A stretch of DNA of 64,000 nucleotides from Candidatus Alcyoniella australis (GTDB lineage Bacteria > Lernaellota > Lernaellaia > JAVCCG01 > Alcyoniellaceae): contig JAVCCG010000095.1 of the NCBI GenBank assembly GCA_030765605.1, forward strand, positions 7,489-71,488. The letters are read 5' to 3'. Positions 59,930 through 64,000 of this stretch are shown piece by piece. The notes below the pieces were generated by a model. The model saw only the letters and a list, made by a program, of their open reading frames with translations. It did not search any database and was not told the DNA's origin. Both the position numbers and the translations under genes were made by a program. Position 1 is the first letter of the stretch, and each line of letters opens with the position of its first letter.

Positions 59930-61723
59930 ATGAAACTCACCGGCGGCGAGATTGTAGTCGAGATGTTGATCCGGCACCACGTGCCCTTTGCCTTCGGCAT
60001 TCCGGGGCACGGCTGCCTGGCGCTGGCCGACGCGTTCGTGGGGCGCGAGGAGCGCATCAAGCTGCTGGGGGTCAAGCAGGAGATGTCTGGCGGCCACGCT
60101 GCCGACGCCTATTACCGCGTCACGGGCCAGCCGCTGTGCATGTTCACCTCGATCGGCCCCGGCGCGCTGAACACGGCCATTGCCGCGGCCACGGCCTTTG
60201 TGGATTCGCGCGCGCTTTTAATCATCACCGGCTCGGCGCACACGCACATGCGCGGCAAAGGGCTGCTGCAGGAGGTCGAGCGCACGCAGGACGACGACCT
60301 GGCCCAGGCGCTGCGGCCGCTGGTAAAACGCTCGTTCCGCGTATCCAACGTGGCGCTGCTGGCCTCGACCGTCAAACGCGCGTTCCAGACCATGCTCAGC
60401 GGACGCCCCGGCCCGGTGCACATTGAGCTGCCCATGGACATCCAGGCCCAGACCATCGAGGTCGAGCTGCCCGAGCCCTACGTGCCGGGCACCGGCGGGA
60501 TCAGCCCCGGCGACCCGCAGCTGGTGGCGCGAGCGGCCGAGATGCTGGCTACGGCGCAGCGTCCGGTGATTTTGGCCGGCGGCGGCGTACACATTGCGCG
60601 GGCCTACGACGAGCTGGCCGAGCTGGCCCACGCCTCGGGCGCGGCGGTTGTTACGACCATGGCGGGCAAGGGTTGCTTTGACGAGACCGATCCGCTCTAC
60701 GGCTGGCACACCGGGTCCAAGGGCACGCGCGTGGGGCTCGAGCTGACCTCCAAGGCCGACGTGCTGCTGGCCGTGGGCTGCCGCTTTGCCGACGAGACCT
60801 CCTCCTCCTACCGCCACGGCGTGAGCTTCAGCATTCCCGGCACCAAGCTGATCCAGGTCGACCTCGACCCGGCGGAGATCGGCAAGAACTACCCGGTCGA
60901 CGTCGGTATCCTGGGCGACATGCGCGGCGTACTGCCCGCGATTAGCGCCAAGCTCGAGGGCCGGACCATCGACCGCAGCGATTTTCACGCACACGTGGCA
61001 AAGCTGCGCACCCAGTGGCTCGATTACGTGCGAACGCTTGTGGAGCGCGAGCTCGAGCCGCCGACCATCTCGCGCCTGCTGAGCGAGCTGCGCCAGGCCC
61101 TGGCCGACGATGCCTTTGTGGTTACGTCGTCTGGCAACACCCAGGCGCAGATGCTCCAGGAGTTCCCGTTCTCCGTGCCCGGCACCTGCCTGACCACCGG
61201 GGGCTTTAGCGCCATGGGCTGGACCCTGCCAGCGGCCATCGGCGCCAAACTGGCGCGGCCCGAGCGCCAGGTGGTGGCGCTGCTGGGTGACGGCGATTTC
61301 CTGATGACCATGCAGGAGATGGCCACGGCAATCGAGCTGGGGACCAACGTTGTGGTCGTGCTGGCCAACAACCGCGGATGGTTGGCGATCTCGGATTTGC
61401 AGATGGACGCTTTCGGCCTTGAGCGTGCCTCGGGCACGCTGTTTACCACACCCGACGGCCAACGCTACACCCCGGACTTTGCCGCCTGCGCCCAAGCCTT
61501 TGGCTGGCACTCCGAACGCGTGGCGCGCGGCGACCAGATCGCCGATGCCATTGGCCGCGCCCTGGACGCGGGCAAACCGGCCCTGGTCGAGGTGATGGTC
61601 AGCGAGCAGTACCCCTACACCGGCTCCCCGGCCGTTGGCTGGTGGGACGTGCCGATCCCCGAATACCTCGGCGCCGAAAAACGCCAAGCCTACGAACAGG
61701 GCAAAAAAGAAGAGAAGCTGTAG
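59930..61723 (+). CDS. Thiamine-pyrophosphate enzyme of the acetolactate-synthase large-subunit superfamily (ALS/Xsc-like)
   Basis: Three-domain TPP enzyme (N-terminal Pyr domain GHAADAYYRVTG, C-terminal GDGDFLM TPP motif). It is adjacent to ilvD, but some blocks resemble sulfoacetaldehyde acetyltransferase more than IlvB. Confidence 0.7.
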   Translation: MKLTGGEIVVEMLIRHHVPFAFGIPGHGCLALADAFVGREERIKLLGVKQEMSGGHAADAYYRVTGQPLCMFTSIGPGALNTAIAAATAFVDSRALLIITGSAHTHMRGKGLLQEVERTQDDDLAQALRPLVKRSFRVSNVALLASTVKRAFQTMLSGRPGPVHIELPMDIQAQTIEVELPEPYVPGTGGISPGDPQLVARAAEMLATAQRPVILAGGGVHIARAYDELAELAHASGAAVVTTMAGKGCFDETDPLYGWHTGSKGTRVGLELTSKADVLLAVGCRFADETSSSYRHGVSFSIPGTKLIQVDLDPAEIGKNYPVDVGILGDMRGVLPAISAKLEGRTIDRSDFHAHVAKLRTQWLDYVRTLVERELEPPTISRLLSELRQALADDAFVVTSSGNTQAQMLQEFPFSVPGTCLTTGGFSAMGWTLPAAIGAKLARPERQVVALLGDGDFLMTMQEMATAIELGTNVVVVLANNRGWLAISDLQMDAFGLERASGTLFTTPDGQRYTPDFAACAQAFGWHSERVARGDQIADAIGRALDAGKPALVEVMVSEQYPYTGSPAVGWWDVPIPEYLGAEKRQAYEQGKKEEKL

Positions 61724-61841
61724 CGCGAGCAGCAGGTACTAAATTGCGATTGATGAAGTCATTGCAAATTTATATCTTGACATTATTTTCATCTTATGGT
61801 AAGCGTCATACGATACGACATGTTTTTGTAACGGTTTTTAC

Positions 61842-62180
61842 CTGAATCAGCCGCTGGCCGCGGCCTATTACATGCGCGAGGAACTGCGCCAAATGTGGGA
61901 ACAGGACGACATCCCGGCGGCACGGGCGTTTCTCGAATCCTGGTGCGAACGGGCCGAAGCCTCGGGAATCCGAATGCTGATCAAGATGGCCAAAACCATC
62001 CGAATGCACCGATGGGGAATCTACGCTTGGTACGAACACCCGATCTCAACCGGGCCGCTCGAAGGAACCAACAACAAAATCAAAACCATGCAAAGGCAAG
62101 CGTATGGCTTTCGAGATAAGGAGTTTTTCATGCTGAAAATCTATGCGTTGCATCAGATGAAGTACGCATTAATCGGATGA
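61842..62180 (+). pseudogene. 3' remnant of an ISL3-family transposase
   Basis: LNQPLAAAYYMREELRQMW...PISTGPLEGTNNKIKTMQRQAYGFRDKEFFMLKIYALH matches the ISL3 C-terminus. An upstream in-frame stop at 61800 leaves no N-terminal catalytic domain. Confidence 0.7.
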
Positions 62181-62818
62181 GCCCAAAAAAAAATATCTCC
62201 GGATGTCTATCTTTAGTCATTATACTTGGTGTACTGTTTTTCTTTGCTATTATTGGAGTACGACTAAGTGATGTTAAAAATCAAACCCCATCAAAGACTT
62301 CAGCGGTTATACATACACCCCAACCAACTCCTACTCCAATCGAATTACCGGCAAAACAAGTGGCGTTTACGCATGCAGTAACAATATTTTTCCATCAATA
62401 TAGAAGTGCACCAAATGAGTTAAAAAAATCTGCTCTACGCACACAGAGAAGAAACGGAATAAAAACCGCACTGGCCAATTCGCGATCTGTAAAGGATTGG
62501 ATTGGTAAAATCGACAACATGGGAACTAACTCCGAAGGTAAAGCATATATTTATATAAAAATGGAAAGTGAAGACAGGATCAAGCTAGGAACATGGAATA
62601 ACGCTTTTTCAGATATTGGGGCCAACACTCTAATTGATCAATCAAATCCACTATTTCATGTATTAGCCGAGCTGTCTGAAGGCAACAGAGTAATATTTAG
62701 CGGTACTTTTATCCAGAGTGATCAAGATTTTATTCGTGAATCAAGCCTAACCGAATTTGGCGCAATGACAGATCCTTCATTTATTTTTAAGTTTTCTACC
62801 CTTGAGTTATACAAATAG
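62177..62818 (+). CDS. Hypothetical low-GC membrane-anchored protein
   Basis: N-terminal TM helix (LSLVIILGVLFFFAIIGV) and AT-rich codon usage unlike the core genes. The start overlaps an A9 homopolymer. Confidence 0.35.
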   Translation: MSPKKNISGCLSLVIILGVLFFFAIIGVRLSDVKNQTPSKTSAVIHTPQPTPTPIELPAKQVAFTHAVTIFFHQYRSAPNELKKSALRTQRRNGIKTALANSRSVKDWIGKIDNMGTNSEGKAYIYIKMESEDRIKLGTWNNAFSDIGANTLIDQSNPLFHVLAELSEGNRVIFSGTFIQSDQDFIRESSLTEFGAMTDPSFIFKFSTLELYK

Positions 62819-63258
62819 GGAGTTCCGGTGACACCGATAACCGCACTACTTCGCTAAAGCTTCATTACTACGTAAAAGCTCTCTAGTAAATGAGCAATCA
62901 CGAATACTATTTCTACCCGTAGGTTCCGAAAATTCAATCCGGCCAGGAATCGGGCATGATTGGACATCGGGCAAGGTGATTGCGGCTTGTAATGGAGTCG
63001 TTCAGCCTGGAGAAATCGGGGCATCAGCGTGTGCCTCGCCAAAAATAGATCGGGCCTGATTTGGTCGTTGGATGACGAGATGGCGGTGTTTTTCGTAGCA
63101 GGCATGGACCTATGAACAGACTAATCAAGCGCGGGGAATCCCAGTTCCCTCCGCTGCTCCGCCCATTCGACTGGAAAACCCTGGTGTAGCCGGGCGAGCG
63201 ACAGGCCCGACGGCTCCTTGCCGTCCAAAATGGCCTCGGATAATTCCAGGACAATTCC

Positions 63259-63473
63259 AGGGACACGATACTTAATTATTGACAAACAACCTGTTTTTGT
63301 TATCTTTTTCCCATGACACGGATATCGCGAGTGGTGGCCCCCGGGATTCCTCATCATATTACCCAACAGAGTTTTGGGGACACGAAACTTAATTGACTGT
63401 TGACGCTATAAATCTATTAGTGCTTATCTATCAGTTACTTTTGAGAGTTCGGGGGACATCATACTTAATTGAC
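63259..63473. repeat. Three direct repeats GGGGACA-N4-ACTTAATT(ATT)GAC, plus a partial inverted copy at 63531-63543
   Basis: Copies at 63259-63283, 63376-63397 and 63451-63473, spaced 117 and 75 bp apart in an AT-rich island. Confidence 0.5.
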
Positions 63474-63559
63474 GGTCAGCCATATATACTGTTATTTGTA
63501 GTAATATCAGCTGATTTAATCGATAATAAAGTGTCATGTCCCCATAACTCCCCTTTCTT

Positions 63560-63848
63560 CTTCTGAGAAATACGATACTAAATTTGAATATGCTAGACTT
63601 TGTAGATCTGACCTGAAAGGAACTGACATTACAGGAGCCAATTTAAAGAACTCAGATCTCCGCAATGCTGACTTGCGAACAAAGAGCTTTTGGAACGTAA
63701 ATAGTCTGGAAGGTGCTAAGTGGAATGAGAAGACAATATTTCCTGATGGTTTCGATATCGCCGAGCGTAAAAAACGAGGCATGATAGAAGAGAACCGAGA
63801 ACCTAACGTTAATTCGGACGAAGAAAATAGTTCTTCTAGATATACGTA
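63560..63848 (+). pseudogene. C-terminal fragment of a pentapeptide-repeat protein with no start codon
   Basis: In-frame translation gives SDLKGTDITGANLKNSDLRNADLRTKSF...; there is no ATG/GTG/TTG between the upstream stop and the repeat region. Confidence 0.4.
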
Positions 63849-64000
63849 GACAACGTAATGTAAGTTTCGCCGGCCGTATCACATACTGTAAATGATCACG
63901 TCAGCGTGCATCTAGTTCGCGACACTCCCTTCGACCTTCCTCATTTGGATCCTTTTGCTCTAGTTTTTATGTTTTTTATCTTGACAGAGATAAAGTAATT

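Noticed and set aside
62854-63366. Two minus-strand ORFs, 63121-63366 and 62854-63105, as real genes
   Set aside because: They are in the same frame and separated by a single in-frame stop. They have no recognisable homology and sit in a decaying island, so this is probably a disrupted pseudogene, and the original function cannot be identified.
63259-63545. A possible CRISPR array formed by the GGGGACA...TTAATTGAC repeats
   Set aside because: There are only three direct copies with irregular spacing (117 and 75 bp), the repeats are imperfect, and there are no cas genes, so this is more likely regulator sites or iterons.

Overview
This is a high-GC (~65-70%) chromosomal segment from a Gram-negative (diderm) bacterium, and most of it is recognisable core operons. 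In order these are: phoH / 7TM-HD / ybeY / corC; lnt / prfB (with its programmed +1 frameshift) / lysS; lolC / lolD / bamA / skp / lpxD / fabZ / lpxA / Gfo-Idh-MocA oxidoreductase / lpxI; a minus-strand aminotransferase / ALDH / gcdH / hbd operon that looks like 5-aminovalerate/glutarate catabolism; a complete NAD-linked bidirectional [NiFe]-hydrogenase locus (hoxFUYH-hoxW-hypF'CDEAB); focA; pgi; and ilvD plus a TPP enzyme. Lower-GC accessory patches interrupt these operons: a REP-associated tyrosine transposase (RAYT, IS200-like) with dispersed REP/BIME-like hairpin mosaics; a block of secreted or lipoprotein genes of unknown function (a porin-like protein, a DUF3604-like protein and large lipoproteins); tandem paralogous poly-Asp lipoproteins directly upstream of a TonB-dependent receptor; an orphan AT-rich response regulator; and a degraded AT-rich island at the 3' end that carries an ISL3 transposase remnant and direct repeats. 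Many secreted proteins across the window share the unusual signal peptide - lipobox Cys - poly-Asp linker architecture. Nothing in the window looks like a canonical defence system. The most novel-looking parts are the poly-Asp lipoprotein/TonB-dependent receptor module, the RAYT/REP mosaic with its 924-bp structured non-coding region, and the HypF reduced to its C-terminal domain.
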